A DNA stretch of 64,000 nt from Vicinamibacteria bacterium (GCA_019694155.1 JAIBCN010000138.1:1832-65831), one strand, 5' to 3'; positions 10,020 through 20,055 are shown, counted from the first letter of the stretch. Program-made: numbers and translations. The notes: a model not told the origin generated them from the sequence alone.

Positions 10020-11611
10020 ACGTCGCCGACCTGCTCGCGGACTCGGCCCGCAAGGCGCCGGATCGCGACGCCATCATTGCGCCGGACGGGCGGTCCGGCT
10101 GGACCCGGATCCGCTACGACGCGCTCGACGCCGCGGTCACCGCCCACGCACGCGCGCTGAGGTCGGGTGGAGTTTCACGCGGCGAACTCGTCCTGGTAAT
10201 GGTGCCGCCCGGCATATCCCTCATCACTCTCTTCTACGGAATCCTCCGCCTCGGCGCGGTGCCCGTGATGATCGACCCCGGAATGGGGATGCGCGCCTTC
10301 ATGAAATGCGTGGAAACCACGGGAGCCAGGACGCTCGTCGGCGTCCCCAAGGCCCACGTCGCGCGACTCGTGTTCCCTCGCCCGTTTTCGTCGATCGAGC
10401 GGAAGTTCGTGATCGGCTCATCGTTCCTGGGCGCCCTCGGCCGCGCGTTGAAGCCCGTGGACGCAGGCGGGCCCGAGGCGACGCCAGTTCGCGAGGATCT
10501 TGGGCGGGACGATCTGGCCGCCATCCTCTTCACCTCGGGCAGCACCGGGCCGGCGAAGGGCGCGCGCTACACCGTGGGCAACTTCTTCGCCCAGCGTGAC
10601 GCCTTGCAGGCTCTCTACGGGTTCCAGCCCGGCGAGGTGGATCTCGCCGCCTTCCCTCTCTTCTCGCTGTTCGACGCGGCCTTCGGGATGACGAGCGTCA
10701 TTCCCGACATCAACCCCGCGAAGCCTGCGGAGTGCCGGCCCGAAAAGATCGTCGAGGCCATTCGCGCGCATCGCGCTACCTCCGCGTTCGGATCCCCCGC
10801 CATCTGGTCGCGGGTCGCCCCGTGGTGCGCCGCCAATGGCGTCGTGCTCCATGGCCTCAAGCGCGTCCTCATGGCGGGAGCCCCCGTGCCCCTCAAGCTC
10901 GTTCGCGCCATGCGCCCGATCCTGCCCGAGGGCGGCGACGTCCATACGCCCTACGGGGCCACCGAGTCGCTGCCCGTCGCGACCATCTCCGGCCGCGAGG
11001 TCGAAGCCCTCGGCGCGGCGGTGGAGGCGGGCGCGGGCACCTGCGTGGGCCGCCCCGCGTCGACCATCGATCTGCGATTGATTCCGATCCGCGACGAGGC
11101 CGTCGCTTCGATCGAGAGCGAGCCCATGCTCGGCACAGGAGAGGTGGGCGAGATCTGCGTGCGCGGAGGCGTCGTCACCCGCGCTTATCACAACCGCGAG
11201 GAGGCGACGGCCGTCTCCAAGATCGGGGCGGGTGATCTCACCTGGCATCGCATGGGCGACCTTGGATACATCGATGCGGACGGACGCCTCTGGTTCTGCG
11301 GCCGGAAGGCAGAGGCCGTGTGGACCGCGGAAGGGCCGATCTTCACGGATCGGATCGAGTGCCGCTTCTCCGGCGAGCCGCGGTGGCCGCGCGTCGCGTT
11401 GGTTGGCGTGGGACCCAGAGGGCACGCTCGCCCGGTACTGGTGCTCGAGGGCGCGGACGACGAGGGGCTGCGGACCGAGGCGCGGCGGATCGGGGGAATC
11501 GCGGACTTGCGCTTCCACCCCCGTTTCCCCGTGGACCGCCGTCACAACGCGAAGATCCATCGGCTGGATCTCGCGAAATGGGCGGCCGCGGGAACGCCCA
11601 ATCTTCGATAG
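10016..11611 (+). CDS. AMP-dependent synthetase/ligase (OleC-like beta-lactone synthetase family)
   Basis: Adenylation motifs TSGSTGPAKG and YGATE. The GTG start overlaps the hydrolase stop (GTGA), i.e. coupled. 531 aa. Confidence 0.8.
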   Translation: MNVADLLADSARKAPDRDAIIAPDGRSGWTRIRYDALDAAVTAHARALRSGGVSRGELVLVMVPPGISLITLFYGILRLGAVPVMIDPGMGMRAFMKCVETTGARTLVGVPKAHVARLVFPRPFSSIERKFVIGSSFLGALGRALKPVDAGGPEATPVREDLGRDDLAAILFTSGSTGPAKGARYTVGNFFAQRDALQALYGFQPGEVDLAAFPLFSLFDAAFGMTSVIPDINPAKPAECRPEKIVEAIRAHRATSAFGSPAIWSRVAPWCAANGVVLHGLKRVLMAGAPVPLKLVRAMRPILPEGGDVHTPYGATESLPVATISGREVEALGAAVEAGAGTCVGRPASTIDLRLIPIRDEAVASIESEPMLGTGEVGEICVRGGVVTRAYHNREEATAVSKIGAGDLTWHRMGDLGYIDADGRLWFCGRKAEAVWTAEGPIFTDRIECRFSGEPRWPRVALVGVGPRGHARPVLVLEGADDEGLRTEARRIGGIADLRFHPRFPVDRRHNAKIHRLDLAKWAAAGTPNLR

Positions 11612-11647
11612 GCTCTCGGTCCTAAGACAGAAGGAGACCGGAACGTC

Positions 11648-12856
11648 GTGGCAAAGCCGCTCGAAGGTGTGCGCGTCCTTGAGATGGGCCAGTTGATGGC
11701 CGGTCCGTTCGCGGGAACCATCCTCGCCTACTACGGCGCCGAGGTCATCAAGATCGAGGCGCCGAAGACGGGAGACCCCGTCCGCACCTGGCGCGGCGTG
11801 GACAGCGACGGCACATCCACCTGGTGGCGGTCGCTCGGCCGCAACAAGAAGTGCATCACCGTCGACCTTCGCACCGACGAGGGACGGGCGCTGGCCCGCG
11901 AGCTCGCGTGGAAGTGCGACGTGGTGGTGGAGAACTTCAAGCCCGGCACCATGGAGAAGTGGAAGCTCGGACCCGAGGACATCAAGGCGAAGAACAAGGA
12001 CGTCATCTACTGCCGCGTTTCCGGCTACGGCCAGACCGGTCCCTATTCGCACAAGCCCGGCTACGCCTCGGTGTGCGAGGGTGTCGGCGGCTTCCGCTAC
12101 GTGAACGGCTTCCCCGACCGCCCGCCCTGCCGCCCCAACCTCTCGCTCGGCGACTCGCTCGCTGGCCTCCACGCCGCTCTCGGCATCGTGATGGCCCTCT
12201 ACAACCGTTCGGGGCGGGCGGGACGCGAGGGCGGAGGCTCCGGACAGGAGATCGACGTCGCGATCTACGAATCGGTCTTCAACATGATGGAGGCGGTGGT
12301 TCCCGAGTTCGACCGCCTCGGCATGGTGCGCGAGCGGGAGGGCAGCAAGCTCACGGGCATCGTGCCCACGAACACATACCGCTGCAAGGACGGCCTCTAC
12401 GTGATCATCGGCGGCAACGGCGATTCGATCTACAAGCGGCTCATGACCGCCGCGGGCCGCGACGACATGGCGAGCAACCCCGAGTACGCGACGAACGCCG
12501 ACCGGGTTCGCAACGAGCCCGCCGTCGACGCCGCGCTTTCGGAGTGGACGGCGACGCTCACCGCGGCGGAGGTGGTGGCGAAGCTCGAGGCGGCGCAGGT
12601 CCCGGTGGGGTCGATCTACACGGTGAAGGACATGCTCGACGACCCTCACTACCAGGCACGCGGCATGTTCGAGGAGGTCGAGGTCGGAGGCCGTCCCCTG
12701 AAGATCCCGGCGATGACTCCGAAGCTCTCCGGTACTCCGGGCGGGACCGCGTGGCCCGGACCCGAGGTCGGATCCCACAGCGTCGAGGTCCTGAAGTCGA
12801 TTCTCGGCAAGACCGACGCGGATATCGAGGCCCTCAAAGCCCATGGCACCATCTAG
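11648..12856 (+). CDS. family III CoA-transferase (CaiB/BaiF-like)
   Basis: VRVLEMGQLMAGPFAGTILAYYGAEVIKIE...DVVVENFKPG is the family III CoA-transferase N-terminus. AAGGAG lies upstream of the GTG. Confidence 0.85.
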   Translation: MAKPLEGVRVLEMGQLMAGPFAGTILAYYGAEVIKIEAPKTGDPVRTWRGVDSDGTSTWWRSLGRNKKCITVDLRTDEGRALARELAWKCDVVVENFKPGTMEKWKLGPEDIKAKNKDVIYCRVSGYGQTGPYSHKPGYASVCEGVGGFRYVNGFPDRPPCRPNLSLGDSLAGLHAALGIVMALYNRSGRAGREGGGSGQEIDVAIYESVFNMMEAVVPEFDRLGMVREREGSKLTGIVPTNTYRCKDGLYVIIGGNGDSIYKRLMTAAGRDDMASNPEYATNADRVRNEPAVDAALSEWTATLTAAEVVAKLEAAQVPVGSIYTVKDMLDDPHYQARGMFEEVEVGGRPLKIPAMTPKLSGTPGGTAWPGPEVGSHSVEVLKSILGKTDADIEALKAHGTI

Positions 12857-13508
12857 GAAACCGGCCTCATCGGCCGCCCCGATCTCTACTCTCGACCTGT
12901 ACCGCAGCCGCGGCCTCGGCTCGCGCGTGGGCTTCGGAACGCGCCCCGCCGTGGTGGTCGTCGACTACATCGTCGGATTCACCGATCCGAAATCGCCCCT
13001 CGCCGGCGACTTCTCCCGCGAGCTTCGCGCGACGAAGGCCCTTCTCGACGCCATGCGGCGGCGGCGGCTTCCCGTGTATTTCACGACCACCGCCTACGAC
13101 AAGGCCATGACCGAGGCCGGCGTCTTCGTGCGCAAAGTGCCGTCGCTCGCCGTGCTGCAGAGAGGTTCGCGCTGGGTGGCGATCGACCCTTCCCTCAAGC
13201 CGCGCAAGGGCGAAGTGATCATCGAGAAGCAATACGCGTCCGCCTTCTTCGGAACCCCACTCGCCTCGACGCTGCACGCGCAGGGTGTGGACACGCTGAT
13301 CGTCACGGGCTGCACGACCAGCGGATGCGTGCGCGCGACCGCGGTGGACGGGCTCCAGCACGGCCTAAGGGTCATCGTGCCCCGCGAGTGCGTGGGCGAC
13401 CGGGCGAGCGGGCCGCACGAGGCGAACCTCATCGACATCGACGGCAAGTACGGCGACGTCATGGCGGTGAAGGATGTGATCGCGCGGGTGAACGCGACCA
13501 CCGCCTAG
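12843..13508 (+). CDS. isochorismatase-family cysteine hydrolase
   Basis: AVVVVDYIVGF...LIVTGCTTSGCVRATAVDG carries the conserved catalytic Cys of the isochorismatase/CSHase fold. 14-nt overlap with the upstream gene. Confidence 0.8.
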   Translation: MAPSRKPASSAAPISTLDLYRSRGLGSRVGFGTRPAVVVVDYIVGFTDPKSPLAGDFSRELRATKALLDAMRRRRLPVYFTTTAYDKAMTEAGVFVRKVPSLAVLQRGSRWVAIDPSLKPRKGEVIIEKQYASAFFGTPLASTLHAQGVDTLIVTGCTTSGCVRATAVDGLQHGLRVIVPRECVGDRASGPHEANLIDIDGKYGDVMAVKDVIARVNATTA

Positions 13509-13522
13509 CCGGATTCCGCGGC

Positions 13523-14563
13523 TTACCCGCTCGCCGCGTCGTGGAGGAGGTCATCCCAGAGGATGACCCGGTTCGCCTGACCCGCCAGGCGCTGGCGGGC
13601 GTCGACCACCTTCGAGAAAAGGGCGAACGCGTCGAGGGGCCCGGCCGCGGCGCGCGCGAGGGCATCCGCAGCCGCCGTGTGCACCAGCCACTCGCGTCCC
13701 CCGCCCGCCTGGAGCACCGCGATGTCGCGCAGAAGCGAGGCGAAGAGGTGAAGTGTCTCGTCGCGGTCGGTTTCCCGGGCCCCGGCCATGGACGAGGCCG
13801 CGTAGGCCGACAGTTCCGCGTCCTTGGCGCCGCCGAAGCGCCGCAGGATGAGATCGCGGAGGTCGTCGAGGGGCGGGCGGCTCTGACGGGCGCGGGCCAG
13901 GCTGCCCCCCGAGGCCTGGGCCCGGAGCTTCGCCTCCGCCGGGTCGACGCCGTCCTCGATGAGGTGTTGCTCGATCAGTCCCTGGGGCACACCGGACAGC
14001 CGGATGGAGGCGCAGCGCGACCGGATGGTCGGCCGCAGAAAGGCAGGCGAGGACGAGGTGAGAAGCACCACCGCGCCCGCGGCCGGCTCCTCCAGGCTCT
14101 TGAGGAATGCGTTCGCCCCGCTCACGTTCATGCGCTCGGCATCGACGATCACGGCCACGCGTCTCTTCGCTTCCCAGGCCCGGCGCGTGAGCCACGCGCC
14201 CAGCAGGCGCATGTATTCGACGTCGATGATCTTCCCAACGCGCTCCTTCTTGTCCTTCGCCCGGTCCACGGCGTGGGCGCTCAACTCCTCGTCGATGCCC
14301 AGCACCTCGTCGCGGCCGATGATCACCACATCGGGGTGGATGTTCTCGGCACTCCTTCGGCAGTGCGAGCAGGACTCGCACGGGCCCTGACGAGGCGACT
14401 CGCACACCAGAGTGCGCGAAACCACCTCGGCGAGGGTTCTCTTCCCGACGCCTTGCAGGCCGTGGATGAGGGTCGCGTGATGCAGGCGCCCCTCGGTGAA
14501 CGAGCGCCACAGGCCCTCCCGGGCGAACTCATGCCCGAGCACGGTTGCGAAGGGCGCGCTCAC
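13523..14563 (-). CDS. holB: DNA polymerase III delta-prime subunit
   Basis: Walker-A-like GVGKRTLA, the zinc module CESCSHCR, and SRC (sensor) in RSRCASIRLSG. The GTG start at 14563 overlaps the tmk stop (GTGA). Confidence 0.8.
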   Translation of the reverse strand: MSAPFATVLGHEFAREGLWRSFTEGRLHHATLIHGLQGVGKRTLAEVVSRTLVCESPRQGPCESCSHCRRSAENIHPDVVIIGRDEVLGIDEELSAHAVDRAKDKKERVGKIIDVEYMRLLGAWLTRRAWEAKRRVAVIVDAERMNVSGANAFLKSLEEPAAGAVVLLTSSSPAFLRPTIRSRCASIRLSGVPQGLIEQHLIEDGVDPAEAKLRAQASGGSLARARQSRPPLDDLRDLILRRFGGAKDAELSAYAASSMAGARETDRDETLHLFASLLRDIAVLQAGGGREWLVHTAAADALARAAAGPLDAFALFSKVVDARQRLAGQANRVILWDDLLHDAASG

Positions 14564-15174
14564 GCGAGATCTCCGAACCGCTCCTTCACCCGCGCGGCGA
14601 TCCGGCCGGAGAGGGTCTTCACGTCGACCGCGCCGTCGAAGACCTCGAAACGGCACGGCTCGGCTTTCGCGAGCTCGAGAAAGGCCCGGCGCACCTTCTC
14701 GTGAAAGGCGGGAGCCTCGGCATCGAGACGATTGGACGCGCCGCGCTGCCGCAGGCGTTCGAGCGCCACCTCGACATCGAGGTCGATGAGGATGGTGAGG
14801 TCGGGAGTGAGGCCGCCGATGTGCCGGAACACCGAGGGGATGAGGTCCCCCACACCGCGGCCCACCGACTGGTAGGCAAGAGAGGAGTCCTGATACCGGT
14901 CCGAGATCACGATCCGCCTTTCCGCCAGGGCGGGCCTTATCACCTCATCCAGGTGCTGGGCGCGGTCGGCCAGAAAGAGAAGGGCCTCGACATCCGGAAT
15001 GGGAGTGGTGGTCGAATCGAGGAGGATCTCGCGCACCCTCCGCCCCAGGGGCGTGCCGCCGGGCTCCCGGGTGAGGAGCGCCCGATCGCCGAAATGGCGC
15101 GCGAGAGCTTCGGCCTGCGTGCTCTTGCCGCTGGCCTCGATGCCCTCGAACGTGATGAAGAGTCCCTGATCCAT
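14560..15174 (-). CDS. tmk: thymidylate kinase
   Basis: FITFEGIEASGKSTQ P-loop and DRY motif; 204 aa. Confidence 0.9.
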   Translation of the reverse strand: MDQGLFITFEGIEASGKSTQAEALARHFGDRALLTREPGGTPLGRRVREILLDSTTTPIPDVEALLFLADRAQHLDEVIRPALAERRIVISDRYQDSSLAYQSVGRGVGDLIPSVFRHIGGLTPDLTILIDLDVEVALERLRQRGASNRLDAEAPAFHEKVRRAFLELAKAEPCRFEVFDGAVDVKTLSGRIAARVKERFGDLA

Positions 15175-15225
15175 TCCAGCGCCTGCCCCTCGATTTCAGA
15201 CTCAGTTTACGTTTAGCGTGGGCCT

Positions 15226-16098
15226 GTGCGAATTCTGATCACCGGCGCCGGCGGTCTTCTCGGCGGACGTCTGGCCGCCCTGCTCTCGTCCGACCACGAG
15301 GTTACGGGTGTCGTTCGAGGCCAGTCCGCGCCCGAGGGAGTACGGTCGCTCGTCGCCGACCTCGCGGACCACGCATCGATCGCAACCATTTTCGAGGAGG
15401 CCCGTCCCGAGGCCGTCATCCACTGCGCGGCGCTCGCCGATGCCGAGATCTGCGAGCGAGAGCCCGAACGGGCGCGGCTCGAGAACCCGACGCTCACCAA
15501 GGGCCTCGCCGCCGTCTGTCGCGCGCGAGGGACGCGCCTCGTCACCCTCTCCACCGACCTCGTGTTCGATGGAGGCCGGGCCTTCTCGACCGAGTCCTCT
15601 CCCGCCCGGCCGCTCAACGAATACGGTCGCTCGAAACTTGCCGCGGAAGCGGAAACTCTCGAGGCCTCCGCCGATTTCGTGGTTCTGCGCATCGCCCTGG
15701 TGAGCGGCCAGGGTCATGGGTCGCGGCTGACCGCCACGGAGAGCGTGGCGAAGCGGCTGCGCAACGGCGAGTCGATCACCCTCTATGAGGACGAGTGGCG
15801 CACCCCCATAGACCCCGAGTCGGTGGCCGACGCGATCCGCGCCGTCCTGCGGCGTCCCGGCGCCGCCGGTACTTTCCACGTCGCGGGCGCCGAGCGCGTC
15901 ACCCGGGTGGAACTGGGAGAGCGGGTGGCGGCGGGGCTGAAGCTCGATGGCTCCCTCATCCGCCAGGCTTCCCAATCGGCGCATCGCGGCGCTCCGCGCC
16001 CCCGCGACACATCCCTCGACATCACGCGCGCCCGCGAGGAACTCGGCTGGACGCCGCGCTCGCTCGACCAGGCCCTTCGCGAAGGCCGCTCCGGCTAG
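15226..16098 (+). CDS. NAD(P)-dependent extended-SDR reductase, dTDP-4-dehydrorhamnose reductase (RfbD)-like
   Basis: MRILITGAGGLLGG Rossmann motif. ~290 aa, typical of the RfbD family. Confidence 0.75.
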   Translation: MRILITGAGGLLGGRLAALLSSDHEVTGVVRGQSAPEGVRSLVADLADHASIATIFEEARPEAVIHCAALADAEICEREPERARLENPTLTKGLAAVCRARGTRLVTLSTDLVFDGGRAFSTESSPARPLNEYGRSKLAAEAETLEASADFVVLRIALVSGQGHGSRLTATESVAKRLRNGESITLYEDEWRTPIDPESVADAIRAVLRRPGAAGTFHVAGAERVTRVELGERVAAGLKLDGSLIRQASQSAHRGAPRPRDTSLDITRAREELGWTPRSLDQALREGRSG

Positions 16099-16898
16099 GC
16101 CGTCTTCTGCGGCCCCTTGAAGGTGAGGGCCAGGCGGCACAGCATTAACTCGTCACCGTCCTTGATCGGGTGGAGGACGTTGTTGTCCAGCTTCTCCCCC
16201 GCCACGAACGTGCCGTTCATGGTGCCGATCTCCTCGGCGATGAAGAAGCCGCCGTTCTTGATGACCAGCCGGGCATGGCGCCGGGAGATATTCCTCGCCT
16301 GGTCCTCGTTGGTGAGGTCGACGTCAGGGGCCGTGCCTGTCACCGAATCGAAGCGGCCCAGGAGAACCTCGTTCTTGTAGACCGGGAACACGTTGCCGGA
16401 AGCCTTCGAGATGAAGTAGGCGAGCGCCTCGGACGGCGGCAGGGGCGGCACGGGGACCGAAGGCAGCGAAATCGAGGTGTTCACGGCGGCGCCCACCGTG
16501 GCCGGCGAATCCGCCATCTGCTTGCCCAGAGTCTCGATCTGCTTCACCATTTCGCGAAGCCGGATCGAATACTTGCGGAGCATGCGGAAGGCGATCTCGG
16601 GGTTCGACTTGATCATGTCGCCGAAGGTGTCGCCCGAGATGACGATCAGGTCCCCGCCCTCGGCCATTTCCGCGGTGGCGGAGCGAGGCATGCGCTCGAG
16701 AACCGCCATTTCGCCGAAGAAGTCGCCCTTCTCGAGGACGGCGAGAGTCACATCCTTGTTGGCCCCGGTCCGCTTCTTGATGGCGACCCGGCCGGACTGG
16801 ATGATGTACATGTCCTCGCCCGCATCACCTTCACGGAACAGGACTTTCCCCGCAGGAAAGTGGGACAGAAAGCGTGCGAACGGGTTCTTTTCAGCCAT
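16095..16898 (-). CDS. cyclic-nucleotide-binding domain / FHA domain fusion protein
   Basis: N-terminal cNMP-binding beta-barrel (FREGDAGEDMYIIQSGRV...GDFFGEMAV). C-terminal FHA (LLGRFDSVTGTAPDVDL...ISRRHARLVIKNGGFFIAEEIGTMNGTFV). Confidence 0.75.
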   Translation of the reverse strand: MAEKNPFARFLSHFPAGKVLFREGDAGEDMYIIQSGRVAIKKRTGANKDVTLAVLEKGDFFGEMAVLERMPRSATAEMAEGGDLIVISGDTFGDMIKSNPEIAFRMLRKYSIRLREMVKQIETLGKQMADSPATVGAAVNTSISLPSVPVPPLPPSEALAYFISKASGNVFPVYKNEVLLGRFDSVTGTAPDVDLTNEDQARNISRRHARLVIKNGGFFIAEEIGTMNGTFVAGEKLDNNVLHPIKDGDELMLCRLALTFKGPQKTA

Positions 16899-16943
16899 CT
16901 TCTACGTGAGCCGGGAGCTTATCAGAAGGCGAAACCGCCCTGC

Positions 16944-18938
16944 TTACCGCGCGTTCGCCAGCTGATCGGCCACGTAGAGCCACTGTCGCCAGGAGGACGC
17001 GAGGAAGAGCGCGACGCCCCCGAGGAGGGCGCCCACGCGGAGGATGCCGCCGCGCCGCCAGGCGACAATGAGCGCGGTCCCGGAGAGGAGGGCCGCGAGG
17101 GGCGTCACGAAAAGGGTCTCGTGCCCGTAGCGAAAAACGTCCGGGATTCGCGCGCGGAGCAGAATGAGAACGAGGTAGGCGATCCCCCAGGCCTGCACCA
17201 CCTTCGAACGGCGCACGGCCGCCCCCCCGAACCAGAGCCCGGCGACCGCGAGCGTCGTGTACGGCCAGCCGAAAAAGGTGTCGGTCCTCTCGACGAGCAG
17301 GGCCCAGAAACTCTCCACCGGGTACTCCGAGGACGCCGGGCCTCCGGCTGCACCGCTCAAACCCAGGATCCGGCCGCCTAGCGAGAAGACATCACCCACG
17401 AAGTGCCGGTAGTAGAGCAGGAAGGCGGCGAAAGCGGCGCCCGCCTCGGAAAGGCCGAGGCCCAGAGCCGAAGGAAGGCCGGAGCGGCCGGCGAGCAGGA
17501 ACAGGCCCACGAGGACGCCCATGAACACGGCCTCGTTCACGACACCCGAGGTGTAGGCGAGGTGCCCGAGGAGAAGAGCCGCCATCAGCTGCGGTACGGG
17601 CTTGCCGGAGCGCGCCTCGCCGCGAGTCATCAGCGTCGCCACGGCCAGCAGGACCAGAAGGTCGAGCACGTGGCCGAAGAGCGCGGGCAGCAGCGCGAAA
17701 CTCAGGCGCGACGTATACGTGGGGATCACGCAGAGCGCCAGCGCCGCGAGCGGCGGCAGCGAGAGTCTCGCCGCAAGGGCGCCCGCGAGGAGAATCGGAA
17801 GCACCGAGACCAGGCTCGAGAGAGCCTTCATCGCGGTCTCGACCTCGTCGGTGGACAGATCGAACGCGGCGGCGAGGAGAGCGAAAGGGGTGTGGAACAT
17901 CACCGCGTAGGGCAGGGACGAGAGACGCCCCATGACCGGCTTGGTCCAGGCCTTCTGCGCGCTCAGGGCATCGGCCGGATGGAGAAAAAAGGATGGGCCT
18001 TCCTCGCGGATCGCCTCCGCCACCCGGGTGTGCGTGAGGAGGTCGGGGTAATAGAAGTCGGGATGCGAAACGAGCGCGAGCCGGACGAGCAGGGTCAGGA
18101 GAGCGGCGGAGACAAGGGCGATGGCCGTTCCTTTCTCGATGAGGAGACGCCGTTCGAGCCATGCACGCCCGGCGAAGAGCGCCAGGGTGGCGAGGACCAG
18201 CATCTCGGGCGAGAGATGGGTTTGTCTCCACGCCCCGAACAGGTCCTGATTCGCACGCGCGGCGAAGGCCGAGGCCGCGAGCAGGCTCGAGACTCCCGCT
18301 ACCAGAGGCGGCGACCCGAGGACCAGCAGGCCCGCGAAAAGGAGGCTCACGGTCAGCACGGGCCGCAACGCCGCTCTCCCGTTTAGATGGAAAGGCTCTC
18401 CGCCTCTGGCCTCGAGCGAGAGGGTGTCCATCTTCAGGCCCATGTTCCGCCGCTCGTGGGAGTCCGTCCTGATCGCCACCGCGAGCGGGCCCTCGACCGA
18501 AGCGGCGGTGAGCGTGGTGACGCGGATCTCGCCTCCACGCGCGCGGAAGGTCCCGGCGGGGGCGCCGGCGATGCTCACGTCGACCACCGCCTCCTCGCCG
18601 AATACGCGGGCGTAGCGAAGGGTGGCGCTCACCTCCGAACCCGCGGCCGTGAAGGGGAGATCGACGCGCGCATCGTAGGTCGTCCAGTGCCAGCCCACCT
18701 TCTCCTCGACATCGCTCCTCGCCTCGAATCCCGAGACGAAAGGCGCATCGCCGGGCCCGAGGTTCAAGGCGACCTGCCGAGTCGATCCGCCGAAGGATGC
18801 CCCCGCCGCGACCAAGGCCGCGAGGGCGCCCACGGCCCAGCCCGCAAGGCCGCTACGAGCCACAGGAAAAGGCGCGGCGCATCGGCGGGAAGAGGGCTTC
18901 GAAGGCGATCTCGTTGCCGCGCGCGTTCCAGTGGCCAT
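16944..18938 (-). CDS. polytopic membrane protein with N-terminal periplasmic domain (putative GT-C-type glycosyltransferase)
   Basis: ~190-aa soluble N-terminal region followed by >10 predicted TM helices. No catalytic motif recognised. The start is uncertain (86-nt overlap with the upstream ORF). Confidence 0.55.
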   Translation of the reverse strand: MATGTRAATRSPSKPSSRRCAAPFPVARSGLAGWAVGALAALVAAGASFGGSTRQVALNLGPGDAPFVSGFEARSDVEEKVGWHWTTYDARVDLPFTAAGSEVSATLRYARVFGEEAVVDVSIAGAPAGTFRARGGEIRVTTLTAASVEGPLAVAIRTDSHERRNMGLKMDTLSLEARGGEPFHLNGRAALRPVLTVSLLFAGLLVLGSPPLVAGVSSLLAASAFAARANQDLFGAWRQTHLSPEMLVLATLALFAGRAWLERRLLIEKGTAIALVSAALLTLLVRLALVSHPDFYYPDLLTHTRVAEAIREEGPSFFLHPADALSAQKAWTKPVMGRLSSLPYAVMFHTPFALLAAAFDLSTDEVETAMKALSSLVSVLPILLAGALAARLSLPPLAALALCVIPTYTSRLSFALLPALFGHVLDLLVLLAVATLMTRGEARSGKPVPQLMAALLLGHLAYTSGVVNEAVFMGVLVGLFLLAGRSGLPSALGLGLSEAGAAFAAFLLYYRHFVGDVFSLGGRILGLSGAAGGPASSEYPVESFWALLVERTDTFFGWPYTTLAVAGLWFGGAAVRRSKVVQAWGIAYLVLILLRARIPDVFRYGHETLFVTPLAALLSGTALIVAWRRGGILRVGALLGGVALFLASSWRQWLYVADQLANAR

Positions 18939-20055
18939 CCAGGCGGAGATAGGCGGAGGGCCCCGTCTTCTCCGCGGCCTGAAAGGCGGCGCCCGCCTCG
19001 ACCATGGGGATGTCGAGCGACGTGAGGAGCGACTGCAAGCGCGATCTCACCGCGTCCCGGCTCCATGTCCTTCCGGGGCCGTAGCGCCGCTCCACGAACG
19101 TCCACGCCTCGTCGTTCACCTCGAAGCGGGCCGGCACGTAGAACACGGTGAAGCCGGCGCCTTCGCTCCGGACATCATCGCGGAAGCGCCGGAAGATGGC
19201 CTCCGTCCGCTTCCACATCTCCTCCACGAGCGAGCGCTCATGGTCGCCTTGAGGCGCGAAAGGCAGGTACTCCGTCGGCGGCTCGCCCGATAGGGCGGGA
19301 ACGAGACCGTACGCGGCGAGCGACCTCGACCAGTCGGGACGGCTCCGCTGCAGACGGGCCGCCGCGAACTGCCAGAGGACGGAGCCATGGAATGAGGGCG
19401 TGCGCCGCCTCTCGGGCGAGCGCTCCTCCCTTCCCCCCGGCCGTCTCCGATCGGCCTCGGGAAGCACGAGCTGGAGTGTCCTGTCCTTCTCGACGAAGAT
19501 GGGCTTCCCCCGATTCGCCGTGCCCATCCGGTCGATGTTGAACTGGAGATCGTTGTAGTAGAAGAGGACCACGACCTCGCTCGGGTGGTACTTGCGGATC
19601 TCCTCGAGGAAATAGATCCACTCCTGGTCGGTTGAATACCCGGGCCCGCCCGCGTTCAGCACGTCGACCTGGCAGGACTTCAGGGCCGCGGCGAGACGGC
19701 CGCGCAGCGTCTGCGGCTCCTCGGCGTAGTAGCCGTGCGCGAACGAATCCCCCATGATGGCGAGGCGGCGCGCTCCCGGCGCGGCCTCGTAGGGAATTTC
19801 GGGACCTCGAAGCCCAAGGCTGTTGATCGAGATCGTGACCTCGAAATCCTCGCGGCGGATCCGCTGCGACCCGTTCGCGCGCGTCCGCCATCCAAGAGTC
19901 GGGGAGATCTCCGAGATCGGAGTTCCTTCCGCCGGCGCGGCCGCGCCCGGCCGCAGGATCACTCGGGCCGCGCCCTCGGCGAAAGCGAGGGAGAGGGCGG
20001 TCGAGAAGGTCGCGAGAAGAAGGCGGGAGCGCCACTCTCCGTCGCGACGACTCAT
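18853..20055 (-). CDS. SGNH/GDSL hydrolase, AlgX/AlgJ-like
   Basis: GDSFAHG block I and a C-terminal DGHWN motif. Confidence 0.7.
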   Translation of the reverse strand: MSRRDGEWRSRLLLATFSTALSLAFAEGAARVILRPGAAAPAEGTPISEISPTLGWRTRANGSQRIRREDFEVTISINSLGLRGPEIPYEAAPGARRLAIMGDSFAHGYYAEEPQTLRGRLAAALKSCQVDVLNAGGPGYSTDQEWIYFLEEIRKYHPSEVVVLFYYNDLQFNIDRMGTANRGKPIFVEKDRTLQLVLPEADRRRPGGREERSPERRRTPSFHGSVLWQFAAARLQRSRPDWSRSLAAYGLVPALSGEPPTEYLPFAPQGDHERSLVEEMWKRTEAIFRRFRDDVRSEGAGFTVFYVPARFEVNDEAWTFVERRYGPGRTWSRDAVRSRLQSLLTSLDIPMVEAGAAFQAAEKTGPSAYLRLDGHWNARGNEIAFEALFPPMRRAFSCGS

